Assembly: GCA_965207735.1 (NCBI GenBank)
Contig: OZ242296.1
Coordinates: forward strand, 1,600,001-1,664,000
From: Candidatus Versatilivorator sp.
GTDB lineage: Bacteria; Acidobacteriota; Terriglobia; Versatilivoradales; Versatilivoraceae
DNA length: 64,000 bases
Reading direction: 5' to 3'
Within the stretch, counting starts at the first letter, position 1. Every line of letters begins with the position of its first letter. Both the position numbers and the translations under genes were made by a program. Shown piece after piece: positions 39,437-49,155 of the stretch. Under the pieces are notes generated by a model that was not told the DNA's origin, made no database searches, and saw only the letters and a program-made list of their open reading frames with translations.

Positions 39437-39790
39437 ATGGATTCCGTCCGGTTCTCGCAAATCGTGGATGAGGTCCTGGAAGGCTTGCCCCAGTTCTTCC
39501 AGTCCCGTCTGGACAATCTTGCCGTCATCGTCCAGGACTACCCCGAGCCGGAGTTGCAACGGCAATTCCCCGGATTGCTGCTGGGGCTGTTCCGCGGCAT
39601 CCCGAAGACCCGTCAATCCGTCTTTGCCGGCGCCACCCTTCCCCAGCAGGTCTTTCTCTACCAGAAGAACATCGAAGCGGTCAGTTACGGAGACGCCGAC
39701 CTGCGGCGTCAGATCGAGAAGACCCTGAAGCACGAAATCGGCCACTACTTCGGTCTTTCCGAGGAAGACCTGCGGGCCCTCGGTTACTGA
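39437..39790 (+). CDS. zincin-like metallopeptidase family protein
   Basis: LLGLFRGIP, P..VFLYQKNI, HEIGHYFGLSEEDL. Confidence 0.85.
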   Translation: MDSVRFSQIVDEVLEGLPQFFQSRLDNLAVIVQDYPEPELQRQFPGLLLGLFRGIPKTRQSVFAGATLPQQVFLYQKNIEAVSYGDADLRRQIEKTLKHEIGHYFGLSEEDLRALGY

Positions 39791-39826
39791 ACAACAGCTC
39801 GGTACGGCCTCTGACAGCAAGCGACC

Positions 39827-40516
39827 ATGCCCTTACAGTCCTGGTTCCACCTGGAGCGAATCCCTGAGCCGGAAGTCATGGACGATCCTGACGGGGTCGA
39901 GGCTTACAGCGCCGCGGCCTCTCAAGCCTACCTGGAACGGATTGACAGGACCTTCGTGGAGCACGCCCTGAGTCTTGGGGTCGCCGAGGGCCACGCCCTG
40001 GATATCGGCACCGGACCGGGGGTCATTCCCATCATGCTGGCCGCCGGAGTCCCTGGACTCCGCCTGACAGGGGTAGACCTTTCGGAACCCATGCTGCAGA
40101 AGGCACGGGAAGCCGCCGAGGAAGCCGGAGTGGCGGACCGGCTCGACTTCCGGGTGGGCGACGCCAAGTCACTGCCCTTTTCCGAGCAGAGCTTCGACCT
40201 GGTCCTCTGCAATTCCCTGCTTCACCACCTGCCCGACGCCCTGGCGTTGCTCAACGAAATCTCCCGGCTTGTCAGGCCCGGGGGCGCCATCCTGCTGCGA
40301 GATCTGAGAAGACCCTCCCGCCTTGAGTTCCCCTTGCATGCCCTCTGGTTCGGGCGCCATTATTCCGGGGTGATGAGCCAGCTCTACCGGGACTCCCTGC
40401 AGGCTGCCTACACCCGTGCCGAGCTTGAGTGCCTGCTGCACCGCTCCCAGTTGACCGGCGCCCGGGTCTTCCGGACGGGAAGGACCCACATCGGCATCCA
40501 GCGGGAGGCAAGGTAG
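39827..40516 (+). CDS. class I SAM-dependent methyltransferase
   Basis: LDIGTGPG, GVDLSEPML, GDAKSLPF...FDLV, LHH. Confidence 0.9.
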   Translation: MPLQSWFHLERIPEPEVMDDPDGVEAYSAAASQAYLERIDRTFVEHALSLGVAEGHALDIGTGPGVIPIMLAAGVPGLRLTGVDLSEPMLQKAREAAEEAGVADRLDFRVGDAKSLPFSEQSFDLVLCNSLLHHLPDALALLNEISRLVRPGGAILLRDLRRPSRLEFPLHALWFGRHYSGVMSQLYRDSLQAAYTRAELECLLHRSQLTGARVFRTGRTHIGIQREAR

Positions 40517-40694
40517 GGTCAGACGACTCCAGCCGCGCGGAACTGTTGCTCGATCCGCTCACCCTTCGAGTTCTGCGACCACAGATAGAGCCAGACGGGA
40601 AAGCGAGCCCGAGAAACCGCGTAACCAGGACTCTCGCAAGACGCCTGGATTGAATGAGTGTGTATTGCCCGACCGCGGCACCAGGGAAAACCAT

Positions 40695-40723
40695 TTGACT
40701 AGACGTACGCCATGACGTACGCT
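40695..40723 (+). promoter_or_regulatory. yefM-yoeB promoter with tandem palindromic operator
   Basis: TTGACT-N17-TACGCT overlapped by two GACGTACGC repeats (CGTACG palindromes) 12 bp apart. Confidence 0.7.
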
Positions 40724-40743
40724 ATTGATCTCGGAGGTGACGT

Positions 40744-40986
40744 GTGACCACATTGAACGCGACGGAAGCTCGTTCCAAACTCTACAAATTGATTGACGAG
40801 GCAGCACAATCCCATAGCCCGGTTGTGATTACGGGAAGACGCGGCAATGCGGTCCTCATTGCCGAAGAAGACTGGAACGCAATCAACGAAACGCTCTACC
40901 TGCTTTCGATCCAGGGAATGCGCGAGTCCATTCGGGAAGGAATGGAATCCAGTCTCGACAATTGCGAAAAGGAACTGGACTGGTGA
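40744..40986 (+). CDS. yefM: Phd/YefM-family antitoxin
   Basis: ATEARSKLYKLID...PVVITGRRGNAVLIAEEDW...ETLYLLSI.GMRESI. Confidence 0.92.
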   Translation: MTTLNATEARSKLYKLIDEAAQSHSPVVITGRRGNAVLIAEEDWNAINETLYLLSIQGMRESIREGMESSLDNCEKELDW

Positions 40987-41246
40987 CGTGGGAGCTGTAT
41001 TTCACCCGGCAGGCCAGGAATGACGCGAGAAAGCTGGCTGCATCCGGGTTAAAGGAAAAAGCCCGGGCACTACTCGACGTCATTCGAGTGGACCCCTTTC
41101 AGAAGCCTCCGCCCTATGAAAAGCTGGTGGGGGACTTGGCCGGCGCCTACTCGCGGCGGATTAACATCCAACACCGGCTGGTTTACCAGGTACTCGAGGA
41201 GGAAGGATCGGTAAAGATTCTCAGGCTATGGACCCATTACGAATAG
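40983..41246 (+). CDS. yoeB: Txe/YoeB-family toxin
   Basis: PPPYEKLVGDLAGAYSRRINIQHRLVYQV...WTHYE; GTGA overlap with the antitoxin stop. Confidence 0.92.
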   Translation: MTWELYFTRQARNDARKLAASGLKEKARALLDVIRVDPFQKPPPYEKLVGDLAGAYSRRINIQHRLVYQVLEEEGSVKILRLWTHYE

Positions 41247-41287
41247 ACCCACGAACGGTCGGGTTGTGTTCAAATAAGTTGAGGGAA

Positions 41288-42361
41288 TCAGGACTCGGGG
41301 AGCCAGCGGCGAAAGTGCCGCAGCCAGTTGGCGTGGAAGATGTTGTCCAGGTCGGATTCGGAATATCCCCGTTCCAGCAGGATGGGCTCCAGTTTTTGCA
41401 GATCGGCGATGGTTTGAAAATCGGAAGGCATGTGGTTGAGTCCTCCCACGTCGCTTCCGATGGCGGAGTGGAGGCTGTTTCCCGCCAACTGGCAGACATG
41501 GTCGATGTGGTCGGCGACGGCCGCCAGGGTGACATTCTCCGGCGAAGATTTGCCGTGAACCCAACCGGGAACCAGCATCCAGGCGTCCAGGACCGAACCG
41601 ATCACCGCAGACCGGTCCAACAGCATCCCAATCTGGTGGTCGGATAACTGCCGGTCCCCGGGCACCAGAGCCCGGCAGTTGTTGTGGCTGGCGATCACCG
41701 GTCCCGGGAAATGGTCCAGGGCGTCGTAGAAGCTCTCCTCCGCCAGGTGGGAAACGTCCAGGGTCATACCGACCTCGGCTAATCGGGTCAGCAGTTCCCG
41801 CCCCCGTGGGGTGAGGGGCCCCTCGACGCCGGTGCCCGACGCGTACTGGCCGTGGCCGAAGTGGGTGAGCGAGACACTGCGAAGACCGTCCTCCCACCAG
41901 GACTCCAGCTGATCGGGTCCCAATACGGGATCGGCGCACTCCATGGAGACGATGATTCCCACGGGATGGCCGTCTCCGGTGTTCCTCTCCCATCGTCCCC
42001 ACATCCGCTCCAGGTCCTTCCCGGTACGTATCAGCCCGACCTCACCCATCTCCTCCAGCACGCGGTAGTAGGCCAACTGGCCCTGGGCATTGGCGCAGGC
42101 CATGGCCTGGGTGCCGAAGTCCAGATCGAGGCGGCTGACGGGCCTGGTCTCTCGGTTGACCCGCGCCGCCAGGGAGGACTGGCACACCGCTATCCTTCCC
42201 CGTCTCATGTCGGGCAGGCTGACGGCCCCCCGGCCCCGTTCCAGGGTATCCGTCATTCCCTGCTCGCGCCGGTTGCTCACCGCCGCGGGCTCGGTCATGT
42301 CCCGGTTGTGGGCCAAGGCGAACAGGGCCAGGTCCAGGTGCCCGTCAAAGATCGATCGCAT
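41288..42361 (-). CDS. membrane dipeptidase (peptidase M19)
   Basis: DGHLD, MECAD, LDVSHL, ASHNN, HIDH, IGSDVGG, NWLR. Confidence 0.9.
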   Translation of the reverse strand: MRSIFDGHLDLALFALAHNRDMTEPAAVSNRREQGMTDTLERGRGAVSLPDMRRGRIAVCQSSLAARVNRETRPVSRLDLDFGTQAMACANAQGQLAYYRVLEEMGEVGLIRTGKDLERMWGRWERNTGDGHPVGIIVSMECADPVLGPDQLESWWEDGLRSVSLTHFGHGQYASGTGVEGPLTPRGRELLTRLAEVGMTLDVSHLAEESFYDALDHFPGPVIASHNNCRALVPGDRQLSDHQIGMLLDRSAVIGSVLDAWMLVPGWVHGKSSPENVTLAAVADHIDHVCQLAGNSLHSAIGSDVGGLNHMPSDFQTIADLQKLEPILLERGYSESDLDNIFHANWLRHFRRWLPES

Positions 42362-42569
42362 TGGGGAACTCCTCTGCCGGCGTTCGCCGATTGCGAGGCG
42401 TCCGGCTCCGCCGATTCGCCATGCGACCGGCGGCTTCCAGGCTCATGTCGGCGTCGGAGCGGCCAGACATTGGGATGGAAGGCTGCCTTGACGGCAGCCT
42501 GCGTGATTGAGGGGGAAAGTGTGGGATTGAAGTGGGGGAAAACCGGCGCCTGACAGCTCGCCCCCAGGG

Positions 42570-44051
42570 CTACTCGGCCTTTCGGGATTCCTGCTGCAGT
42601 TCCTCGGGAAAGCTGTCGCCGAGCGCCTGTCCGGTCGCCTCGGTTCCGGACGCATTCTCCAGGTATTGCTGGACATCGCTGCGGGCTTCCTCATCGGTGA
42701 CCGCCTTGGCGCTGAGCGAAATCCTGCGGTTGTCGAGGTCCATGCCCAGCATCTTCACCACAATCTCCTCCCCGGGCTGGTAGTTGGATACGGAGGCTCG
42801 CCCAGGTGTGTCCGGAAGCTCGGAAACGTGCACCAGGCCTTCCACCCCCTCGGCTACTTCCACAAACAATCCGAAGTCCGCCGTACGGGTCACAAGGCCC
42901 TGAAGAACGGCATCTACATGGGTGGTACGGGCAAAGGCCTCCCAGGGATGCTCGGTAACCTGCTTGAGGCTCATGGACATCTTCCGATTGGAAGGATCCA
43001 GCTTGGTAATCACGGCGTCGATGACGTCGTTGACCTTCAGAACCTGGTCCGCGTGGGACAATCGCCGGGTCCAGGAAATCTCGGAGATCGGCAACAACCC
43101 CTGGATTCCCGATTCGAGCTCAACGAATGCTCCAAAATGTTCCAGTTTCTTCACGGTTCCGACAATGACGGTGCCTTCCGGGTAGAGCTCGGCGGCATCG
43201 CGCCAGGGATCGTCCTCGGATTTGCGGAAACCCAGGGAGATCCGGCACCTCTCCTTGTCGTATTTGAGAACCGCAACCTCGATGTGGTCTCCGACCTTGA
43301 AGAGCTGGGAAGGGTGCTTGATTCGTCTCCAGGACATTTCGGAGATATGAAGCAGTCCCTCGACGCCTCCGATGTCCACGAAGGCCCCGTAATCGAGGAT
43401 CCTCCGAATGATGCCCGGCAGGCGCTGGCCGACGGCCAGGGTTGCCAGGGTCTCCTTGCGCTTTATGGCCCGGGCTTCATTGAGCAATGCCCGCCGCGAC
43501 AGGATCAGCTTGCCGTTGGGCAGGTCATGCTGCATGACCTTGAGAGTCAGCGTCTGTCCCAGGTAAGGCTTGAGATCCTCGACATAGGATTCGTCGACCT
43601 GGGAGGCTGGAATAAAGCCGCGCATGCCCACGTCTGCCAGCAATCCACCCTTGACGACCTCCACAACCCTGCCTTCCAGGTTCTTTCCGCTGTCGATGGA
43701 TTCCTGCAAGGCCGCCAGTTGCTTGGCTCTCAACGCTTTCCTGTAGGAAACCCTGAGCTGAATGTCGGAATCGCCCGAACCCTCCAGCATGACGGAAATG
43801 GAATCGCCCATTCCGAATAGCAATTTCCCATCAGGACCCTTGATCTCATCCTTCTGCAGGGTGGCTTCCGACCGGCCACCGGCGTCCACCAGGAGCTCGT
43901 TGTCGTAGACCCCCACGATCTTGCCTTCGACCACCTGGCCCGGTTTCAGCGGGGGGCGCGACTTTTCATATTTGGCAAGCAGAGTCGCGAAATCTTCCTC
44001 TTCTTCCTCTTCGACTTCGGTACTTACATCCGATTGATCTTTGTCTTCCAT
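42570..44051 (-). CDS. rpsA: 30S ribosomal protein S1-like protein (five S1 domains)
   Basis: S1 repeats GFIPASQV, YGAFVDIGGVEGLLHISEMSW, FGAFVELESGIQGL, FGLFVEVAEGVEGLVHVSEL; may be a paralog. Confidence 0.8.
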   Translation of the reverse strand: MEDKDQSDVSTEVEEEEEEDFATLLAKYEKSRPPLKPGQVVEGKIVGVYDNELLVDAGGRSEATLQKDEIKGPDGKLLFGMGDSISVMLEGSGDSDIQLRVSYRKALRAKQLAALQESIDSGKNLEGRVVEVVKGGLLADVGMRGFIPASQVDESYVEDLKPYLGQTLTLKVMQHDLPNGKLILSRRALLNEARAIKRKETLATLAVGQRLPGIIRRILDYGAFVDIGGVEGLLHISEMSWRRIKHPSQLFKVGDHIEVAVLKYDKERCRISLGFRKSEDDPWRDAAELYPEGTVIVGTVKKLEHFGAFVELESGIQGLLPISEISWTRRLSHADQVLKVNDVIDAVITKLDPSNRKMSMSLKQVTEHPWEAFARTTHVDAVLQGLVTRTADFGLFVEVAEGVEGLVHVSELPDTPGRASVSNYQPGEEIVVKMLGMDLDNRRISLSAKAVTDEEARSDVQQYLENASGTEATGQALGDSFPEELQQESRKAE

Positions 44052-44293
44052 TAATAAAACTCCGGCAAATTGAGTATTTGGATGGGAATTATAGCAAATG
44101 CGGGCTGCTTTACCAGCGCAATCGGATCAGGGACATCCCCTCTGGCAAGGGCGTGGCGAACCCCAATCAGAGTCCTGATGGCATCGCCGATGGCCGCAAT
44201 TGATCCAAGGACCGGGGGGGGAGCAGGGTGAGGATTGGGGGAGCAAGGCTCGACAGGTTTCCCAAATTCCGCTCCCCCGGAAGGATTCAATGA

Positions 44294-44923
44294 CTATCCC
44301 GCCACGTACTTCTTGTATCGGCTCTCAATCCTTTCCCAATTGAGATTGGCAATGAAATTGTCGATGTACTTGACGCGGCCGGGTCCGTCCTTGTGATAGT
44401 AGGCGTGTTCGAACACGTCGCAGGAAATCAAGGGAATCCCGCCCCAGATGGCGCCGTACTGATGCTCGTCGACCAGCACGTTGATCAGGCGCTGTGAATA
44501 GAGGGCATCGTAGACCAGCAATCCCCAGCCGCTGAGCTTTGCGGCAAAGGCTGCCGCTTTGAAGTCGGCTTTCCAGTTGTCTACCGAACCGTACTCGGCG
44601 GCCAGCGCCTTGGAGAGTTCGGGAGCCTTGGAGGCATCGCCGTCTCCACCCATGACTTCCCAGTACACGTCATGGAGCAGGGCGCCGGCGTGGTTCCAGG
44701 TAAAGCGGCGCTTCAGCTCTCCGACCTGGCTGTAGTTGCCATTCGCCTTGGCCCGGTCCGCCGTCTCCAACTCCTTCTCGATGTTGTTCAGGAAAGTAAC
44801 ATACCCCTTGTGGTGGGTGTTGTAATGCCAGTTGCTCGTTTCGGGTGAGACCACATCCTTCAACAGTTCCGTGGCTTCCTCATCGGAATAAGGCCTCGGA
44901 TTGAACTTCCATTCGTAAACCAT
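44294..44923 (-). CDS. sod: Fe/Mn superoxide dismutase
   Basis: HYNTHHKGYV, LHDVYW, SGWG, DVFEHAYY. Confidence 0.92.
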   Translation of the reverse strand: MVYEWKFNPRPYSDEEATELLKDVVSPETSNWHYNTHHKGYVTFLNNIEKELETADRAKANGNYSQVGELKRRFTWNHAGALLHDVYWEVMGGDGDASKAPELSKALAAEYGSVDNWKADFKAAAFAAKLSGWGLLVYDALYSQRLINVLVDEHQYGAIWGGIPLISCDVFEHAYYHKDGPGRVKYIDNFIANLNWERIESRYKKYVAG

Positions 44924-45078
44924 ACGGATTTCCTCCTTGGATAGCGAACCAGGGTGACGCGTAGACCGCCCCCTTCATGAGCCGGGCAATGGGCGCCGGC
45001 GATTCTTCTCGAAATCGTGCGGTAATCATAGTGAGATCGAAATCGTCCGTCAACCGCGGCCAGGGCGGTTTCCGAACC

Positions 45079-46077
45079 TCAATAAGCCCAGCGCAGCAGA
45101 GCCGTACCTACGGTGAATCCCGCACCCACCGAGGCCAGCAGGACCACATCCCCCTTGGCCAGCCTGTTGTCGGAAAGGGCGTCCCTGATGGCCAGGGGAA
45201 TGGTGGCCGCGGTGGTGTTTCCAAATTTCTGCAAGTTAAGAATCACCTGATCCTTGCGCAATCCGAGACGATCAGCCGTGCCCCGAATGATCCTGGCGTT
45301 GGCTTGATGGGGAATGAGAAGTCGGAGATCAGCGGGGGACAGATGGTTTCGTTCCAGCACGATCCGGCTGGCTTCCTCCATCTTTCGAGTGGCGAATTTG
45401 AAAACCGGCTGGCCTTCCTGCTTTACATAGTGCAAGCGCTGCTTGACCGTCTCACAACTGGGCGGCATCAAGCTCCCTCCGGCCGGCATGCACAAGCTGG
45501 GCCCGCCCGAACCGTCGATCTCGTGGTGGGCGTCGATGAAGGAATTCTCCGCCTGGACCGCCGGCTCCAGCAGGACCGCGCCGGCTCCATCGCCGAAGAG
45601 GACACAGGTGTTGCGGTCCTGGTAATCGATGATCCGGGACATGGCATCGGCCCCCACCACAACCACGCGGCGGTGCATTCCGGAGGCGACCAAGGCCAAC
45701 CCTGCCGAGATCGCATAGACGAAGCCGCAGCAAGCCGCCGAGAGATCGAACCCCCAGGTCCGAGAAAGCCCGAGCTTGTCCTGCACCAGGCAGGCGGTGG
45801 CCGGAAAATACATGTCCGGAGTCACGGTGGCGACGATCAGTACCTCGATCTCGCCGGGTTCCATCCCCGTCGAGTGGCAAAGCGCCTTGATTGCCTCCAC
45901 GGCCATGTCGGAAGTAGCCTTGCCGGGCTCGAGAATATGGCGGGTAACAATCCCGGTCCTTTGTCGGATCCACTCGTCCGAGGTATCCACCATCTTTTCG
46001 AGATCCTGATTGGTGAGGACCCGCTCGGGCACATGACAGCCGACACCGCTGATTTGGACGGGACAGGCGGGTCTCAT
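45079..46077 (-). CDS. fabH: 3-oxoacyl-ACP synthase III
   Basis: DTSDEWIRQRTGI, AACCGF, LFGDGAGA, PHQANARI, GNTTAATIP, GAGFT. Confidence 0.96.
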   Translation of the reverse strand: MRPACPVQISGVGCHVPERVLTNQDLEKMVDTSDEWIRQRTGIVTRHILEPGKATSDMAVEAIKALCHSTGMEPGEIEVLIVATVTPDMYFPATACLVQDKLGLSRTWGFDLSAACCGFVYAISAGLALVASGMHRRVVVVGADAMSRIIDYQDRNTCVLFGDGAGAVLLEPAVQAENSFIDAHHEIDGSGGPSLCMPAGGSLMPPSCETVKQRLHYVKQEGQPVFKFATRKMEEASRIVLERNHLSPADLRLLIPHQANARIIRGTADRLGLRKDQVILNLQKFGNTTAATIPLAIRDALSDNRLAKGDVVLLASVGAGFTVGTALLRWAY

Positions 46078-46284
46078 CGACGGGAACTCCTGAGGGGTTT
46101 ACTCGGCAACGGGCCCTTCCACCGCCGCCGAGGGGACGGACGTGGCCGCCTATCTTAGGCCAAGCCACCCCAAATGTAAATGTTCCGGGAAGCGATCCCC
46201 GGCGGCATTGACAGGAGCCGAACGGGTGTGTTAACTCTGGCGACTCGATTGAATATCGAGATGCGAAGGGGGTCGAGACCTGCA

Positions 46285-46659
46285 ATGGAAAAACTCTTCT
46301 CGGTTGCGGAGGCCAACGCTTTGCTTCCCCAACTCAGGCAGTTGCTGAGTCGGGTGCAGGCCGAGAAGCGGCGTCTGGTCGCCATGAAGTCCGCCGTGGA
46401 AGGGGCCCGGGAAGGCCATGTACGGGACTGGGGCACCCCTCAGGGTCCCGCCTATATCCGGATTCTGCAGAACTTCCAGGAGAGCGTTCACAATATTGAG
46501 GAACTGGGGGTCCTGGTCAAGGACTTCGATGCCGGCCTCTGCGATTTCCCCCACAAACGCGACGGCCGTGTCGTTTACCTCTGCTGGAAGCTGGACGAAA
46601 AAAAAGTAGCCTGGTGGCACGACCTCAATTCCGGATTCTCCGGCCGGCAGCCACTTTGA
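46285..46659 (+). CDS. DUF2203 domain protein
   Basis: FSVAEANALLP, GVLVKD...GLCDFP...VYLCWKLDE..V.WWH....GF.GRQPL. Confidence 0.88.
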   Translation: MEKLFSVAEANALLPQLRQLLSRVQAEKRRLVAMKSAVEGAREGHVRDWGTPQGPAYIRILQNFQESVHNIEELGVLVKDFDAGLCDFPHKRDGRVVYLCWKLDEKKVAWWHDLNSGFSGRQPL

Positions 46660-46666
46660 GCTAATT

Positions 46667-47641
46667 CTAGCCTGACTCCTCCCCTTCAAATCCAATCAGT
46701 TCCTGCTCCAGTTCCAGCTCGATCCGGAATTGCCTCAGCACTTCTTGCCGGGCCAGCCGAATCAGACCCAGCACGTCGGAAGCCCTGGCGCCTCCCAGGT
46801 TGATCACGATTCCGGCATGTTTGGGTGAGATCTGAGCCCGACCGAGCACCCTTCCCTTGAGACCCGCATCCTCGATGAGCTTTCCGGCGTAGTGCCCCGG
46901 AGGCCGCTTGAAGACGCTGCCGGCGGTAGGATATTGCCACGGCTGGCGCTGTCTCCGCCGGGCCAGGATATCCTCCCGAATGAGAAAGAGTTTTTCCTTG
47001 CAACCCGGGGGAAAGCGAAAGGTGGCGCCGGTAATGTAGGTTTCCCGAATAAGAAGTGCCCGGCGGTAGGAAAATGCCACTTCATCCTTTTGCAACACCT
47101 TGAAGCGACCCAGTCCATCCAGGCACTCGACCTCGACCAGGTGGTCGGATATCTCGGCTCCGAAGGCGCCCGCGTTCATTCTCAGCGCGCCCCCCAGAGA
47201 TCCTGGAATTCCTGAAAGACACTCCAGACCCGCCAATCCCCTTCTCAGGCAGGACTTGATGAACTCATCCAACACCAGACCGGCGCCCGCGCTTACCACT
47301 CCCTCCTTGAAGGCAAGGCGGTTGAACCCGCCGAGATGCACGGCCACTCCCGGGAAACCGCGATCGCTGACCAGCAGGTTGGCGCCGCCGCCCAGCACGA
47401 AACTGGGCAGGCTCTTTTCCACCAGATAGGCGTTCAGACGGAGTAGATCCTCCAGGTCGGCGGGAGAGGCCAGCAGTTGGGCTTCCCCGCCGATCCGGTA
47501 GGTGGTGCGTTCCCGCAGGGGGACCCCGGGCAACACTTCTCCCCTCAAGAGCTTGCCTAGTTCCTGCTGAATCCCGGCGACCACTCCAGTGCCTCCGAAT
47601 CGCAAAGCCTCCAAGCTATTCGGGCCGAATAGTCCTGTCAA
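46667..47641 (-). CDS. murB: UDP-N-acetylmuramate dehydrogenase
   Basis: TTYRIGGEA, GGGANLL, GIPGSLGGALRMNAGA, FSYR, AGSVFKRP, KHA, LELE; start uncertain. Confidence 0.93.
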   Translation of the reverse strand: MTGLFGPNSLEALRFGGTGVVAGIQQELGKLLRGEVLPGVPLRERTTYRIGGEAQLLASPADLEDLLRLNAYLVEKSLPSFVLGGGANLLVSDRGFPGVAVHLGGFNRLAFKEGVVSAGAGLVLDEFIKSCLRRGLAGLECLSGIPGSLGGALRMNAGAFGAEISDHLVEVECLDGLGRFKVLQKDEVAFSYRRALLIRETYITGATFRFPPGCKEKLFLIREDILARRRQRQPWQYPTAGSVFKRPPGHYAGKLIEDAGLKGRVLGRAQISPKHAGIVINLGGARASDVLGLIRLARQEVLRQFRIELELEQELIGFEGEESG

Positions 47642-47764
47642 GTGTCCTCAGGGCTTGCTGGAAGCCAGCCCTTCCCCTCCCAAGATCGCACCTTGGCCGA
47701 AGTGCTATAATGCCTCGGCGGCCGCGAACCTTCAGTTCGCGGCTTGCCACGAGGAGACTATTCC

Positions 47765-48043
47765 ATGGCAGAACGATTGGTGCAGTGTGTGAAGCTGAAG
47801 CGGGAATTGCCCGGCCTTGACCATCCACCCTTCAGTGGAGACCTGGGAGAACGGATCTACCAGAACGTGTCTCAGGAAGCCTGGGCGGCATACCGCGAGC
47901 ATCTCAAGATGGTCATCAACGAGTACCGCCTCACCCTGGGCACCCAGGAGGCCAACGAGATGATCGAACGGCACACCGAAGATTATTTCTTTGGACCGGG
48001 CGCCTCTCTCCCTCCAGGTTACATTCCTCCCAAGACCCTGTAA
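47765..48043 (+). CDS. yggX: Fe(II)-trafficking / oxidative damage protection protein
   Basis: VQCVKL..E.PGL..PP..G.LG.RIY.NVSQEAW......MVINEYRL; extended -10 TGcTATAAT at 47703. Confidence 0.92.
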   Translation: MAERLVQCVKLKRELPGLDHPPFSGDLGERIYQNVSQEAWAAYREHLKMVINEYRLTLGTQEANEMIERHTEDYFFGPGASLPPGYIPPKTL

Positions 48044-48050
48044 GAAGTCT

Positions 48051-49139
48051 TCAAGGCCGAATGCCGACCCGAAGGGCGCCACTGGCCACGGCGTGCTGAA
48101 AGGCCCGGCTGACCTGGGTGAGCGGAAACATCCGGGTGAGAAGCTCGGAGAAGGGGAACCGGGTGTGGTGTTGCTCGAGGAAGGCCATCGCCGCCGAGAG
48201 ATCTTGCGGGGCGTAGTTGTGAACACCCCGAATCTGCAGCCAGCCGCGCACCACCCGTTCCGGGTCCAGGGAAAGAGGAGCGCTGGGAAACACGGCTCCG
48301 ACCAGGACGTAGCGCCCTCCGGTCCGCAGTAAGGGCACGGCCGCCGCCATGGCGCTGGCAGCCCCCGACAGTTCCAGGGCCAGGTCCACCCCGCGTCCCC
48401 GGCTGAGCTCCTTCACCGTTCGGGCCAGGATCCCGGGTCCCTCTCCAACTGCTACGCAATGGCTGGCGCCGAAGCGTTCGGCCTGCTTGAGTCTGGCTTC
48501 GTCGACGTCGCAGACAATGATCCGGCTGGCGCCTTGCGATCGAGCCAGGGCGCAGGCCGTCAGGCCCAACATGCCGGCCCCCTGGATGAGCACGATCTCA
48601 CCGCCACAGCCTCCGCCGGCCCGCATGGCGGCCATGACCGTGGCCGTGGCGCAGTTGGCCGGGCAAGCCACCTCGTCGGGCAGACCCTCCGGAATCGAAA
48701 CCACCGCGGTACCGGCAATCAAATGGCACACCTCCGCCAGCCCCCCGTTGAAGAGGTGTTCAGGCTGAAGGCTCTCGTGTCCATACTTGAAAAGCCGTTC
48801 GCACTTCTGTGGAAGGGAATGCCGGCAGAAGAAACACTGCCCGCAACTGGCCGCAATCGACCAGGAGATGCGATCGCCCACTGTGACCGGCTTGCCGTCC
48901 AGGGTTCGCACCGGCGGCCCCGGGCCCACTTCGATGACCTCACCCAGAATTTCGTGGCCCAGGATGGTGGGCGTGGGGGTCTGGCGGCGGCCCTGATAGG
49001 TGTGGAGGTCGCTGCCGCAGATCGAGCTGCAACGCACCCGCGCCAGCAATTGCGAAGACCCGGGCCGAGGCAATGGGAAACTCTCCAGCCGGATGGGCTC
49101 TCCCGGTCCCGCAAACACGGCCGCGCGCGCCGTTTCCAT
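48051..49139 (-). CDS. zinc-dependent alcohol dehydrogenase, phosphonate-catabolism associated
   Basis: ICGSDLH, GHE, CGQCFFC...C structural Zn site, NCATAT, GAGMLG; last gene of the phnA-phnY operon. Confidence 0.88.
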   Translation of the reverse strand: METARAAVFAGPGEPIRLESFPLPRPGSSQLLARVRCSSICGSDLHTYQGRRQTPTPTILGHEILGEVIEVGPGPPVRTLDGKPVTVGDRISWSIAASCGQCFFCRHSLPQKCERLFKYGHESLQPEHLFNGGLAEVCHLIAGTAVVSIPEGLPDEVACPANCATATVMAAMRAGGGCGGEIVLIQGAGMLGLTACALARSQGASRIIVCDVDEARLKQAERFGASHCVAVGEGPGILARTVKELSRGRGVDLALELSGAASAMAAAVPLLRTGGRYVLVGAVFPSAPLSLDPERVVRGWLQIRGVHNYAPQDLSAAMAFLEQHHTRFPFSELLTRMFPLTQVSRAFQHAVASGALRVGIRP

Positions 49140-49155
49140 CTTCGACTCCCCGCAA

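Noticed and set aside
40517-40690. Possible gene remnant upstream of yefM
   Set aside because: Short open frame with no start, RBS or recognisable motif
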